The translations under genes and the position numbers were made by a program. A stretch of 64,000 bases of DNA from Lama glama (lineage: Eukaryota). The notes under the pieces were generated by a model. The model was not told the DNA's origin. It made no database searches and saw nothing but the letters and a program-made list of their open reading frames with translations. The stretch lies in the NCBI GenBank assembly GCA_028534125.1, contig CM052817.1, positions 14,510,001 through 14,574,000 of the forward strand. Reading direction: 5' to 3'. Of this stretch, positions 24,971 through 38,597 are shown piece by piece; the stretch's first letter is position 1, and every line of letters starts with the position of its first letter.

Positions 24971-25589
24971 CTCACTGAGCTGTTTTTAAATAACATGTGA
25001 GGCAGATAAGATAGAGCAAATGACTGAGAATATAGACCCTGAAACTTAACACCGAGAATTCAAATCCCAGTTCTATCACTTCCTAGTTATGAGTCTTTGG
25101 GCCTCATTTTTTTTCAACTTGAAAATGGGCACGTTTATAAATAACAATACGTACCTCATCAAGTTACTACAGAAACTGTATGGTTTAATGCAAACTCAAG
25201 TTCTTAGTACTGTACTTGTCACATGAGAGGCCATTACTTATTATAAGACTGGACCATTTTGAATTACATCTTTCCCATTAATAATGTTAATATCAAACAT
25301 ACATTAAGTGTGTATGTGTTAGACATTTCATATGCATTACCTCATGTAAACAACCCTAGAGGACAGGTGCCATTATATTGTAGTTTACAGATAAAAAATT
25401 GGAGATTCAAAAGATACAAACACTTGCTGTAGGTTGAAAAAGTTAGTAAGCAGTGGACAAGGAACTTGAAGTCTGGACTTCAACTTTGGAACCTATATTC
25501 TCATATGACTATGACATTCAGGTCTTGTTTAGAACTAGGACAGATGGGCAGTGATAGGTAAATGAAAGATGACACCTTCATTGAGCACC

Positions 25590-25597
25590 ATATATAT

Positions 25598-25639
<42 letters not shown>

Positions 25640-25720
25640 AACATGGTGCTATATATATGTGTGTGTGTGTCTATATATGTGTGTGTGTGTGTCTATATAT
25701 ATATATGTGTGTGTGTGTAT
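25590..25720. repeat. Compound (CA)n/(TA)n/(TG)n microsatellite inside a MIR
   Basis: Read directly from the sequence. Confidence 0.9.
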
Positions 25721-26459
25721 AGACACCAGTCTAGGCTATTACACATCCCGTCTCACTCAAGCCTTACAATAACCACAAAAGGTTGGGATTCTTATGTCTA
25801 TTTTTCAGAGATGAGGAAATAGTAAGACATGGACTAGGATTCCAACCCATGTCCATTTACGACTAAAGCTCTTGTTTCCTCTGCTGCCATGGTCCCATTA
25901 ATTATAATGTCTGAGGTCAAGTGCCTAACAGTCCGAAGACTCTGAAAATTCGGTTATCTGTCTCACACGAACCCCAGCGAATAAGTTCAGAGTGGAAGAG
26001 GGTACAAGAATATGCACTACACAAGTTGCAGATGGAGGAGAAGCCAGGAAATGTTATTAGAAAATGTCTTGTTCTGACTTTTTAAAAAAGTAGTTGGGAC
26101 TTAACGATGGCTGGTTTTTAAGTGCACATCTTGTATATAAAGTCACACCCCTTATTGCGTGACTCAGTGTAAGACTGCACTGACTTACTATTATCACTGC
26201 TGTCGAGTTAAACATGACCCAAAGCTACAAATGTGCTCTATAGTATTTTACACTTAAAGCCTGATAATCATTTGCTTATGTTTGTTGAACCAAATAAAAC
26301 TGGGCTGAATTCATTCCACTGTCTTTTTCCAAACTGCTTGTGTGGCTTTATCTTGCTACTAAAAGGAGATGAATGGGCAGAGGCTAACAGAATTCTGCTG
26401 CTTCTTTGGGTAGCAAACAGCACCCAGTAAACCTTCAACAGACAGAGGGAACCAATTAC

Positions 26460-26638
26460 CTTCACTCGTCAATGAAAACGACAATAAGAAGTGACCTGGT
26501 CAAGGCAAGAGATGCCTGAAAACGGCCTCCCTCCTGGTGTCTCTCTATTTCCAGAGACTGGATGATGCTGCTTCTATTTATAAACTCATCTGGAAATGCA
26601 TGAGCTTCGCAAGGTCTTTTTTCTTCTGTGGCTGCATC
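26460..26638 (-). pseudogene. Relic exon (QPQKKKDLAKLM/ FPDEFINRSSIIQSLEIERHQEGGRFQASLALTRSLLIVVFIDE)
   Basis: gccctttcAG acceptor, AAG|GTAATT donor, long open frame. Confidence 0.6.
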
Positions 26639-27749
26639 CTGAAAGGGCATAAATTAGAATAGCAGGATCAAATAACCTAATACCTGGGAGTCAACAGAGG
26701 CAATTTATACAGACATGAATTTACTAGCAAGCAGTAAAGAAAGGCACATAAAGGAGACGACGAGGTATCTCGATTTTGAGAGAGATGCAGGCATTTCTAA
26801 GCAGAAATTCATAAGGGGCTAGTGGATGGGTGACAAAGTGATGCTGTTTGGCCGAGGAGCCTGCGCAATGGAGGCTGGTGAACATCCACTGGTTGTATTA
26901 CCTGGTGAAAGCCACTAGCCCCTTTAATTTTTCTTTGTTTATAAAATTGGGATAATGCCATATAGGGTCATTGTGAGGACTAAATCATTCAACGTGTTTA
27001 AACACCTCGTCTGCTGTCTAGCCAATCCATGGTACCTACTGGTATTATTACTGTCATCCCCGTCATCATTGTCTTCATCATTATCACCACCCTCATCACC
27101 TTCAAGAGCTCAGAAACAGTCTACTTATATTAGGCTTGTCTAAATCTACATCATGGGCAAGACGTTTTCAGTGCTGACTTTCAGCACCTGATTCGTTTGA
27201 AAATCTTATGCAAAACCTCCAAATATAAACCATGTGACCTAGCTTTAGCGATCGAGCATTGAAGGAATATAGTGAGAGAAAGGGAATGGGAAAGCATCCT
27301 TACAGTGACTCTGAGCCGGCACCCACTGCTTCTCTTTCATGAAAGCAGATCTAGACTTCCCAGGCTCTTCAAATCCACATGGACTAAGAAGCATTCTAGG
27401 CCATCCTGCAAACAGCAACTGAGTCTCAGTTGCAGCCCGAGACTCCCTTGAGAGGCATCACCTTAAACTAAGTCTCATCTTAAGCACAGACAGGAGGAAA
27501 TGGGGTCACTGGGGGAAGTTCCTTCTCCTTGCCTGGCACTGCAGGGCAGGAGGTACTTCTGTCCTAAATTGCAAAGAAGAAAATCAAGCTACGAAATGTC
27601 AGTATTAACAGAAGGAAAACAATTAATATTGGGTAAAGTTTAAACCTGACTTACTAGATTTTAATTACAGAAGGTTTCCATCTCCTAATAGAGTGTTGCT
27701 ACATTTTAAAATCAAGCCTGAGGGTAGTTAGAGGGGCACGTACAGAGGA

Positions 27750-27980
27750 TTCAGCACATGCCGAGCACGGTTTACAGTGCACTGTGTGTATTAGCACATG
27801 TAGGGCTCACGACCTTATGAGGTAGGTGCTTTGAGTATCCCCACTGTTCGTAAGAGGCACAGAGAGACTAAGTAATTTGCCCAAGGTCACACAGCTAAAA
27901 AGCAGCAGAGCCAGTACCTGAACCAAGGCCGATGGGTCTCAAAGTCCACGCTTTTGATCTGTACTGGTTGCCTCACAGGA
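27750..27980 (-). mobile_element. MIR SINE
   Basis: gaggcacagagagactaagtaatttgcccaaggtcacacagct. Confidence 0.8.
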
Positions 27981-28172
27981 AAAGGAAAGTCGGTGGCGGC
28001 ACTAAAGCTCTGGCTCTGCCCTGTGGACCATCTTCAGACTGAGCAGAACTGTTTTCAGTCTTTTATTCACTGTGTTGCGTTTATTCAATATCACATGATT
28101 AGACAAAACTTGAGATATGTTTAAATGATAGATAAGAGTTTCACTCTACCCTCCCCACTCCATTCCCTTACA

Positions 28173-28372
28173 AATGTATTTAAAGATACATGATTATGGG
28201 TCTGTAAAAAATAAAAAATCTCCCACTATTGTTAATGAATTGTTCTGTCAGTTAAAAGTACATTGTGAATTATTATGTTTGTTTCAGGAAAAGGTAGCTG
28301 ATCATCAGTTTTCAAGATGTTCTAAAATGGCAGGGCATCTACCATTTCAACAATCAGCCTCACAGTTTTAAT
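28173..28372 (-). pseudogene. Candidate relic exon (VRLIVEMVDALPF*NILKTDDQLPF...GDFLFFTD); boundaries uncertain
   Basis: TTT|GTAAGG donor, protein-like translation with a frameshift, no clear acceptor. Confidence 0.3.
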
Positions 28373-29066
28373 TAGTTATTGACTAGGAAAGGAGGTAATA
28401 TGATCGAGTTAGACACTCTGAGAAAAGTGTTTAGAAATTCCACTTTGTCAGGTGAGCAATGTTGCTCTGATCAGAGGGTACTTAGTTCTTAAGTCATAAG
28501 TAGAAGAGAGAAAGAAGATATTGAATCATCTTTGTTCATTTTTCCTTCTGTTATGACCCAGGAAAAGATATATGGAGGAACAGGATTGGAGGAAGAGGGC
28601 AGACAGGAACTTGGAACTCCCTTTGCAGTGGGAGATGAACGAGGGCCAGTGTAGGACGGATGCCTGCTGACAACTGTCATTTCCAGAGATTTACTGGAGC
28701 AAAATGATATCCAACATGGAGAAGAAAAATTGGGTGTCTAGATTTATTTTAAATGGCTGCAGAATTCCTGTTTTGCTGAATTATTTTTTAAGTTGGAGCT
28801 TGTTTAAAGACAGAAGATTACAGGGACAGCCAGAGGGAAAATTAGGGTGTCAGCTTTTCAGATTTAGCTATTCACTAACTAACGGAACTAAGAAAGCACA
28901 CAGGGAAAAGCTTCGGTAAATTCTCATCCCAAGTCTTAAGTGATGTTGTGTTGAACACAGCTGGGTTAGCCAAATATTTTTATTCGTACTAGGCAACACG
29001 ATTTCTTTGACTTCCATTCTATATTCTACTTATCATTCACTTCTATTATGAAGAATGCTTAACTAC

Positions 29067-29280
29067 TTCATCCTGAATCTGAATTTTTACATGCACTCAA
29101 GTGTGTGGAAATGTTGAGCTCCAGAGTAATCTTTACTGATTCAAAAGTTCTATCAGGAGGTTTGAGAGTTGGAGTCAAGAAGTAGTCAATTGTGTTGTCC
29201 AATTTCAATTCTGTGAGGCTCAATTTCAAGTCTGTTTTAGAGAAAGAAGCCATCATAATGGAGTAGATGTAGCTTTATTA
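29067..29280 (-). pseudogene. Relic exon, frameshifted
   Basis: Very strong polypyrimidine tract plus ttttttcAG at 29281, GAA|GTAGTT donor. Contains the 62-aa ORF-track frame. Confidence 0.55.
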
Positions 29281-31119
29281 CTGAAAAAAGTACAAACAAG
29301 TAAAAAATAAAGAGGACAAAAAATCAGAAATTTTACAAGTAAGAAAAAATTTTTTCAATATACTGAGGCAGTATAAAAAGCAAAAAATTAACCTGAAAGA
29401 CACAGAACTGATGTTTTACTTCCTATTTTCAAATTTATTTATTCAATATTCATGAATATTCCTATGAATCAGAGACAGACAGATATCATCAAATAGCCTG
29501 AAGAAGACAGCCTGATCTCGCAAAAAGTAGAAAGAGCAAAAGAGACCTCCAACATAGATTCTAACCTAGCGCATAAATTTCCACCTAAGAGCATGTGAAC
29601 AGTACTGGATTAGACCAAACAGCATCACCATTATTTCATTTCACTTCTTCATATACAAAGATCTATTGCCAAACCATCATCTCATGTTTACCTTTGAGTA
29701 TTTCCTGGTTGACCATACTACAGATGTTCATTCCTTTAAGTCCTCTCTTTTTGAATGTGTCGGCTGCTGACAACCCAAAGCCAAGATCCTGTTGGCTTTG
29801 AGGAGTTTACCAGAACTGGGCAGGGAGATCTCTCTCTAAGAAGAGCCGAAGAGAAGATGAGATCAACAGTTTGGGAAGACACTGTGCCAGGGGACATGCT
29901 GGCATGGCTTGGCCCTAGACCTATCCAGGGGGTTGGAAAAATACAGTAAGAATTCCATTATCAACTTATGGTTTAGGCTCAGTTCCAAATCTTATAATTC
30001 ACTCTCCCTAAGTTCTCTCAGCACATTTAACTACTTGCTCAAAGAATTAGAAAGACTGTAGGTCAGCATTAGACATATGACTTTGTCACTTTCCCATCCC
30101 TACTGCCAGTTTCTATCACCCACCCCACGTCCCCTCCCATCCTACAATCCCCCTTCCTAGCAGCCCTAACACAGGGTTTCAAAGCAGCAGCATCCAAGGA
30201 TTATCATTCTAAGGTCTCGAGTATTATCTATGCATGAGAAGGGAATTGCCTACTACATATTTTATCTGTGTGAGCTCTTCTGAATTACCACACATAATCT
30301 TTTGTAAATCACTTACATAGTAAGTTCCATCCTGAATCTTTCACTGTTACAAAGGTTCCCGCTAGACATGAGCCTCCGCAGTGCAGGAACCACGATCTGT
30401 GTTCTCTTTGTGTTCCAGTACCCAGCACAGTGCCAACTACTTTCACTCGGCCTTCACTCCTTGCACAAGTATTGGTGTGGTGCTAAACACTGTGCTTGAC
30501 ACTGAGGGTAGAAGTGGTTAGCGTTTAGAAGAACATCTTGTTCTCTTTAAGTTTATATTCTAGCTTCCAGAGAAGTCTTTCAGACACACCGTAAATGTTG
30601 TTTGAATAAATGGATAGTAAAGTAAACAAAAGAATGTATGAATGGATAGAGTAGGTCTTACAGAATAAAGTTAATCTGAACTTTATTTAGAGTGGTGATT
30701 GTTTTTCCACTAGCCCAAGTCATCCAACTCATGAAACGAAATGGTAGAATGATACAAAGAGACAGAATGTTAAATACACATGTGCATGCCCGTGTGTGTA
30801 ATATTTAATACTTAAATGACAAAATATTTTCTAAGTATTGACACTATTAAAGAGCCAGCACCCTAGTAATTTATTTATAAATTCACATTTTTCAAAGAAT
30901 TTTATAGAGTCTAATTCTGCAAATTTTCATTTGGTGGTGAAATAAGATGAGGAACAGTTGTACAAATTTTGGGGGAATAGGTCTTAACAGAACTTTTAAC
31001 ATGATAACATGGTATATGGTTCTCTAGGAGAACATGTTTGCCCAACTTACTTTAATAAGAAAACTCATTTCTAAGGAGCATTTAATAAAGCACAGTTTGC
31101 TTACTATGGACATGCTTAA

Positions 31120-31546
31120 GCCTAATGGATACTGTGTGCTCCTCCTGGAACCCCCTCAGGGCCAATGCACTCATCCCCAGCTGCTGAAAAAAACTGGTGG
31201 CTGCACGCTCACGGCTGCACTCCTCATTGGGTTCTTGCTCTCAGCTCCAGGGAACTGCCTCCCAGGCTGACCTGTAGTCAATGACAGGTTGATGACACAC
31301 TATAAAGACTCAACCCTTTTTTCTCAACTTCAGGCAAATCTAAAGGGCCAACCCAGCTCCAGAACCTGCAGGACCAGCTAAGAACTCAGCTGCATCCACA
31401 AAGCAGGTCAGATCCTCTCTGTCCCATCCTGTCTTCTTCAATTCCTGCTTCTTACAGGTGTATCACTCCAGGGGACACCCAAGTAAAATTTCCCTGCACG
31501 GTCCTTCATCATCAAGTCTGCTTCTCAGGAACCCAATCTTAAGACA
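31120..31546 (+). mobile_element. ERVL LTR (LTR16-like)
   Basis: ccaatgcactcatccccagctgctg...; ends ggaacccaatcttaagaCA. Confidence 0.65.
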
Positions 31547-31602
31547 ACAAGCATTATTTCAACATATATGTAAATGCTCCGATGAACTTCTGACCTGCTC
31601 AC

Positions 31603-31767
31603 TTCTGTGTGATTGAAACTGTTTCCCTTCTAGTGGAGCTAAAACGTTTGATTCGTAAATTACTAAGTCTCAATATATGTTCCAAGTATCTGAGAATAGC
31701 CGCCCCATCGTGAATCCATCCTGTTTTCTGAAAATCTTTCTCAAATTTTCTAGTCTATACAATTCAC
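31603..31767 (-). pseudogene. Relic exon (GELYRLENLRKIFRKQDGFTMGRLFSDTWNIY*DLVIY...)
   Basis: ttttctctcAG acceptor, GAA|GTGAGC donor, 165 nt, one stop in the phase-1 frame. Confidence 0.65.
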
Positions 31768-32773
31768 CTGAGAGAAAACGTGTGTAGCATACGCCATCAT
31801 TTCTAACGTGGCACTGAAATTTTATGTAAATTCAAAATCAAGTCTGTCCCAGATACTCCAGTCACCAGTAGCAGAGCTCAGTTTCAGATCCATTTTGCCT
31901 GACTTCAATGTCAACTTTCTTTCTACTGTGTCTTACCCTAAAATTCGTAACAAATCTGTGAATAGAGATGGAAACCAAATACCATTATCTTAATTTCAAC
32001 AAACTGTGTTATGCTGAAATAGACCTAATGTGAACTACCAGCTCTTTTGAAAAGAAGTCCCTTCCTTTAAGCGAATCTGATGTGTAACAATATATGTTTG
32101 TGCACATACATACGCACATGTATACATGCACGCACAATCATATTTAAAAGCTGAAGGGAATCTAGAGTTACCCTAGCCAACCCCCTCAGTTTTAGAGCAG
32201 AAGAAATTGAGGTTCAGAGTGAAGGAATGATGTTCCAAAGGTCCCATGGGTAGTAATAGATTTCTGTCGAATCTCTGACTTTCAAAAAACTAAACTTAAA
32301 GTAATTCAGCCTGTCATCCAGACTCATGATGGGGGACAGGCAAAGTGATTATTAGCTTTACCCTGCAAAAAAAAAAAAAAAACCACCTTCATGTATGAAA
32401 TTATAATAGATTTGTTTTAGATAGCCAGATGTCTCATTTAATTTCTAAAAATTCGATGAAACCCACCTTTTCAGAGACATAGCATGTGCATAAAAGCTAA
32501 GAATACATGTAAACTGAACTGTGTAAATAACTCCCTTCCAGTCTCAGCTCACACCTGTGACCATCATGATTTAATAAGTCATCAGTAACAGATTCAACCA
32601 ACCACCCAGTAATCTAAAAGTGTACCATCTTAAGAAACATGTAATAATGGAATGTGGAACGAAACAAGACACAGCACATACACGGATTGGCATCACTTTA
32701 ACAATTTCATCAGAAAATGGTTTCTATAAACATTTTTCTGTGCTCATCTTTTTATAGATTCAATCAGCACTAC

Positions 32774-32818
32774 CTTCACAGAAATCTTGCACAGAGATGC
32801 CATGGCAACCGCTCCATT
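32774..32818 (-). pseudogene. Relic 45-nt exon (EWSGCHGISVQDFCEG or NGAVAMASLCKISVK)
   Basis: gtgtctgtgcAG acceptor, AAG|GTAGTG donor, two open frames. Confidence 0.55.
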
Positions 32819-33043
32819 CTGCACAGACACACACACAAAATCAACGTGCTTAAAAAAACTCATGCCCAATTAAGTGTACTGGATTTTGATTCCAGATATA
32901 AAAATAGCAACAATTTTTTTTTGCCAACTAGAGGCCATGTTATTAACATTTTAGGTGATATAAACAACGTGATAGTAAAAAGTCCAAAAGCAAAACCCCA
33001 AAGGGAGGTATAAACAGTTCAGCACAGGTCTAGATCCAACGAC

Positions 33044-33113
33044 CATCAACTGATTGTTCTGGGTTCTCGTTGTAAGTGAATCTCATCTCAGTCCTGTGCT
33101 ACTCAAATGAGAC
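33044..33113 (-). pseudogene. Candidate relic exon (VSFE*HRTEMRFTYNENPEQSVD)
   Basis: Pyrimidine tract plus aAG, weak donor ATG|GTCGTT. Phase 0-1 bridges the flanking exons. Confidence 0.35.
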
Positions 33114-33432
33114 CTTTACTGGCCATAAAACAGAAATGGTAAAACATGGAATTAGTACTTTTCTACCAAAAAAGTAAATGACTGCTTCAATCTTTTTTTT
33201 TTAATCTTTTTTTTCCCATTTAAAATAATATGGTTTTGAAAACCAATTTCAGAAGACAAATGTGTTAAGTAGTTGCTCAAGAGTCACGTTCCCAAGGTAA
33301 CCTTGGCTTTCTTGAGCACCTGAGAGACTTGGACATAGAGTAAGTCTCAGACTACATCTATGTATTGTCAGCTATTTAAACAGAATGAAAAATTCTAGAC
33401 ACTATAGACACTATGGTAGGGACAGAGGTTAT

Positions 33433-33437
33433 CACAC

Positions 33438-33470
<33 letters not shown>
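33433..33470. repeat. (CA)n microsatellite
   Basis: Read directly from the sequence. Confidence 0.9.
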
Positions 33471-33474
<4 letters not shown>

Positions 33475-35289
33475 CATTCACTCAATCAGAGCCTAAGGTG
33501 TTCTACTACCCGTGAAGTAAGTGGTCCTTCGAAAAAACACCAAGTGAGCGAGCCCAGATGGGATCCATCTATCTCTAGGAGCCAGTGTGAAACTGTAAGG
33601 TAACATGATCTGTATGTTTTCTGAATAGCAACATTCGGCTGCTGAGGCTTTGTTAAATGTCTCCTAATAGGGAAATGGGATGGGCATGGAAGCGCATCTT
33701 AAAGACTAAAGACAAGAATCAGAGCGTGTAAGCAGGGGTGGGAGATACAGAACAGCCACTCAGAAGGTACACAAATGCTTCTAGTTGCTAACTACCTGAT
33801 TGTGTATCACCTGGGTCAAGTGTCTTTTCAATAGTAATCATACAGTGAAGGTAACAACAGTACTTATAATCCATTTTCATAATGCATTACAGTTTGCAAC
33901 ACTTATTGTATAACGCACATGGAAATGGGCAGGAAATGGTTTAAGAGCGAAGTCATAAAAAGCCAAGAGAGAGTTTTATCTTCATCTGTTAACTTGACTT
34001 TAAGTTCCATGAGATCTTGAGGTCTCTACCTCCTCAAACAGTGCCTGGCTCATATGAAGAGCTCCAGAAGTACTTGTTGAATGATGAATAAATGAAGGAA
34101 CATTACAGGAGATAACTAATGAGGAAATAACTTGGAGGGAATGGGGGAAGGCACATTTAAGATAACACCTTGTTTATCTATAAAAGTCAATCACCTAAGT
34201 AAAATGCAGCACATGATAGCAGTGGAGATGGGGGGAGGGGATTCCTGGGCAGCTCGAGGAGAGTTTGATAACCACTTTTTAAAATGGAGAGCCACAGTTA
34301 CTGGAGTTGGTATATTTACAAGATTTGTTCAGTAAAAAATAGGAAAACAATTAACTAGAGTTGTAGACTTTCAGTTGCTGACCCTTAAAGGGGTCAAACA
34401 TTGGGCTGCTACAGTCAGATCAATTGCCATAAGGAAGTAAGTCCACTGTCAGCTGATATGACAACCTAGGACATTAAAGAGGGTAGAGATATTTCTTCTG
34501 GCCACTGATATCTAATGAAAAGTAGTTTGTTTTCAACGTCAGCATAATGTGCTGATTATGTCTTCATTTAGTATAGTCTGGTGGGGGGGGATGCATGAAA
34601 GACAATCTTCAATACTGTTGACTAAACCATTTCTGGTCATTTTAAAAATTTACTTCCAATATCATTTAAATTAAATCTATGACCCAAACTAGGGAGGTTC
34701 TGGTGCCCAGAATGCACAGGGCATTTGAGCAGTACTTGTCCAACCTACCTGCTGCTGACAGACAGACACCAAAAAGGGCACACGTCACTTACACAGTTAT
34801 CTTTTTTTTTTTTTGAACGTCATAAGAGCTTTGTAAGGTTAACTCATGTAGTCAAGTATTTTTATTTTATAAAAGAGGAAACCGAAATACAAAAATATAG
34901 AAAGTTCATGAAACTAAGAAAAGCCAGAGCAGGGACTTAATCCTAGGAGTTCTGATTCAACAATCACTTTTTAAAGAATACTGAATTGGGAAATAGAAGA
35001 TGATCAGCTATTTTAATATAGAATTATATATTTTTTCCAAGTAAGTTCTTCAAAATGTCATGCTGCAATTTTATGCCTGTAGTTTGGCAGAGATTCACCA
35101 AGAAAAGTCTAAATAAAGTTCCACTTTACAGTTCTTTGTAAAGAAATGTTAAGTCAGAGATGAATACCAGCTACCCTAAGTTCAGATTCTGTACATTTTG
35201 ATGGTTAAAAAAAGGGGGGGATGTTGGAAGTTTACATGAAGGACTTTTATTTATAAAGGAAAATTATTTCAATAAAGAACTCAAAATAA

Positions 35290-36300
35290 TTCATCTTTTC
35301 ATTGGAGAAACCTGGCAAAGAGTACCTTAACCAAGTGATCAAAGTTAACCTCTCAGGTACTAAGACAAATTGATACCAGATGCTTCCTAAGAAGGAAACA
35401 ACGTCTTCTATGGCATTCTCTCCAAAAATGCATAGCCTGAATTTGATCATGAAGAAAGATCAGCGAACTTACGCTACAAAATAACTAATGTGTATTGTTA
35501 AAAAAATGTTCATTCCACTTTTAAAGATGGTAAGTCAGAGTTTATTCAGGACCATAATCACAGGTATATTCCACTGCAGTGGGATATTGCAGGGAGGTAG
35601 AGAAAGATTGGGTTCAATTCTCAATACCTCATGGGCAAGTGGGAATTTATAGCCAAGGAGCAGGGTAGGGGTCAGCGGACACAAAACTGCTAGAAAGAAA
35701 CTGACCTAACAGGATTCTTGCTGAAGACAAACCAGGGTGATCAGACATGACCTGCAGAATGGTGAGGGATGAGGGACCTGATCAGATATAGAAGGTGGGA
35801 GGTTCTTGCTAAAGCAACTAAGCAGGGTTCTGGCTAAAACTGTATTTTATAAGGAGGTCCACAGATGGGCCTGGGAGAAGGCTCGGGAGCCTGACTGAAG
35901 TTTGGAAAAGGAAAGAATTTTTGTCAGCACTCTTCCAATGAGTCAAGGCAATGAAAGAGGAAAAAAGACTTAGGAACTGTTTCAGATTTTTAAAAGATTT
36001 AGGAACTGTTCCAGGTTAAGGAGACATGACAACTCCATGCAACAAGAGACTAGACTGGCTCCTGGACTGGGGAAAAAAGGACACTAATGGGACAATTGGT
36101 AAAATTTGAATAATGTCTCTTAACATTAATACTATAATCTCATCTAATTTCCTGATTTTTATAAATATACTATGTTATATAAGATGTTAACATTTGGGGA
36201 AGCTAAATGAAAGGTGTATGAAAATTCATTACATTAATTTTGCAACTTTTTCTAAGTCTGAAATTATTCACAAATGAGAAGTTTAAAAATAAAAACTTTA
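35290..36300 (+). mobile_element. Old L1 (L1MC/ME-type) 3' region split by an ERV1-type solo LTR (35496-35926)
   Basis: L1 motif ggagaaacctggc...aaccaagtgatcaaagttaac resumes after a TG...CA bounded LTR. Confidence 0.7.
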
Positions 36301-36559
36301 AAGTTTGTTAAGAAGGTATCAGTTACTAAGCATTCTTACCAAAATAAAAAAAAATTAATGTAAAAGATAAAAAATCTTACTCCTGAAAGGGATCTTACTG
36401 ATAAATTCATTAACGTTAATGCTGTGGGAAGTAGCATAACTTGTCCAAGGTTGCACACACCTCGAGTCTTAGTCTCCAAACACTGGTGTTCTCTCTTTGA
36501 TGCCACATCCTACTTCACTCTCAATTCTCTAAAAACCTGACGACATTTGCATAAGCTAC

Positions 36560-36654
36560 CTCTTCCCATTTCACATCTTTTTCAGAGACAAGGGATGATA
36601 GTGAAGGCAACATATGTCTACCATATACTGGATGAAAGAGGTCAACATTTTGCC
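36560..36654 (-). pseudogene. Relic exon (QNVDLFHPVYGRHMLPSLSSLVSEKDVKWEE)
   Basis: gctttccAG acceptor, GAG|GTAGCT donor, phase 1-0, open. Confidence 0.65.
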
Positions 36655-36984
36655 CTGGAAAGCACATGTTAATACTGGTTTAAGGAAGAATATCCTAAAA
36701 AAGTGGTTATGGCTGGGAGCACCCAAAGGTGAGAACTTTTTATATACTGAAGAACCCAGATCACAACTCAAAACAGTCCAAAAACAATGAAATTTCACAG
36801 AGTAAATTGCAGACACATAGTAAATAAGGGGATTATAATGGAAGAATAGTAATCATGGATTGTGGCTTAAACATTTTTTTAATCAGTGTCTTTAAACATT
36901 TTTTGCTCCTTTTTCTATGAAAAAGACTTTAGGAAAAACTTGTGCATCTATAATTTGACATCTAAAATTTTACCTTTACCTCAT

Positions 36985-37712
36985 GCCTGCTATTATCAAA
37001 AAGGCAAGAAATAACAAGTGCTGGTAAGGATGTAGAGAAAAGAGAACCCTCGTGCACTGCTGGTGGGAATGTCAAACGGTGCAGCCCCTGCGGAAAACAG
37101 TGTGGCAGTTTCTCAAAAACTAAAAACAGAACTACCATATGATCCAGCTATCTCACTTTTGGGTATTTATCCAAAGAATAGGAAAACAGTAATTCAAAAA
37201 GATATATGCACCCCTATGTTCATTCCAACATTATCTACATGGCCAAGATATGGAAACAACCTAGACGCCCATCAATGGATAAAGAAGGTGTGGTATACGT
37301 TATACAATGGAATACCACTCAGCCGTAAGAAAGATGAAATCTTGCCATTTATAGCAACATGATGGATCCCTGATGGTATTATGCTAAGTGAAATAAATCA
37401 GACGAAGAAGGACAAATACCATGATTTCATTCGTATGTGAAATATAAAAAACAAACAGACAAAAAAACCAAAATAAATGAACAAACCAAAGAAAAACAAA
37501 CATGTAGAGAACAGAGTAGTGGTTACCAGAGGGGAAGGGGTTGCAGGGAGGGCAAAAGGGGGTCAGCTATATATGGTGATGGATGGAAACTAAACTTGTG
37601 GTGGTGATCATGCTGTAGTGCATATAGAAACAGAAATATAACGTTGTACACATGAAATATATACTGTTATAAACCAATGTGATCTCAATAAATAAATAAA
37701 TGAATAAATAAA
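36985..37712 (+). mobile_element. 5'-truncated L1 (ORF2 C-terminus + 3' UTR + A-rich tail)
   Basis: ORF-track peptide ELPYDPAISLLGIYPK...KDICTPMF; tail of (aaat)n. Confidence 0.9.
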
Positions 37713-38597
37713 CTAGTTTATAACTAATTTCAAAAGGTATAATTTCTGGCAAATTACAAATAATGGCCCTTCTTAATTAAACTAGTAGATTCCTCTGTAA
37801 AATTTATCCAAAGTAATCTAAACACAAAGTTGAAAACAATAACCATTCATTTAATAAATAAAATACACTCTTCTAGTCTAAAATTTAACGTCATTCTTTA
37901 CTCCCTTTAAACTACTTTCATGCCAGTTTCCCCACAGAATTTTATCCTAAAAAAAGGCACTTTGTGCATGAAAGCCTTTAATAGTCACTGCACCATTCTT
38001 CACTGCAACAAAAAAGCGTATAAATTGAAGGTAAATTATTTTTAACCATGCAGTGACCAGAAGGCTTTAAGTATTAAATATTATTTCTGTATTGAGTTAT
38101 GATTATAAATATTACAGGGCTCCACTTTTTAAAGCATAAATGATTATTAACACAATGAATAAACTATTATTGGTAATAATCTCAATTAAATGGTTGGGAC
38201 TGGGGCTTTCCCTTATGCAGTTCACAATCCAAGATGAGTACCATACATCACCATCACCATAAATAATAAAATACCAGGATGAGCTTCAGCCCTAATTCCA
38301 CTCCTAGTTTTCATCTTCCATAGATTTAAGCTCAGGGGAAAATTGTTCATCTAAACAAATGAATGGGAGTTGAAGGAGTCTGATTTTCTCAGGCATTTAA
38401 TTCGCCAGCTCTTTCCATGTAGTTGCTAAAAGGATCACACAGCGATCGTATCAGAACTACTTTTAATGATCTATCAGACAGTTAGTCAATTAGGTACTTC
38501 TGCAATATTACTGAACTGAAAACATCCGTCTTGCAAAAGAAACTTCTCACACAGGCATTAAAATCGTTCCCTTGGACAGTGCCACCAACGACTGCAC

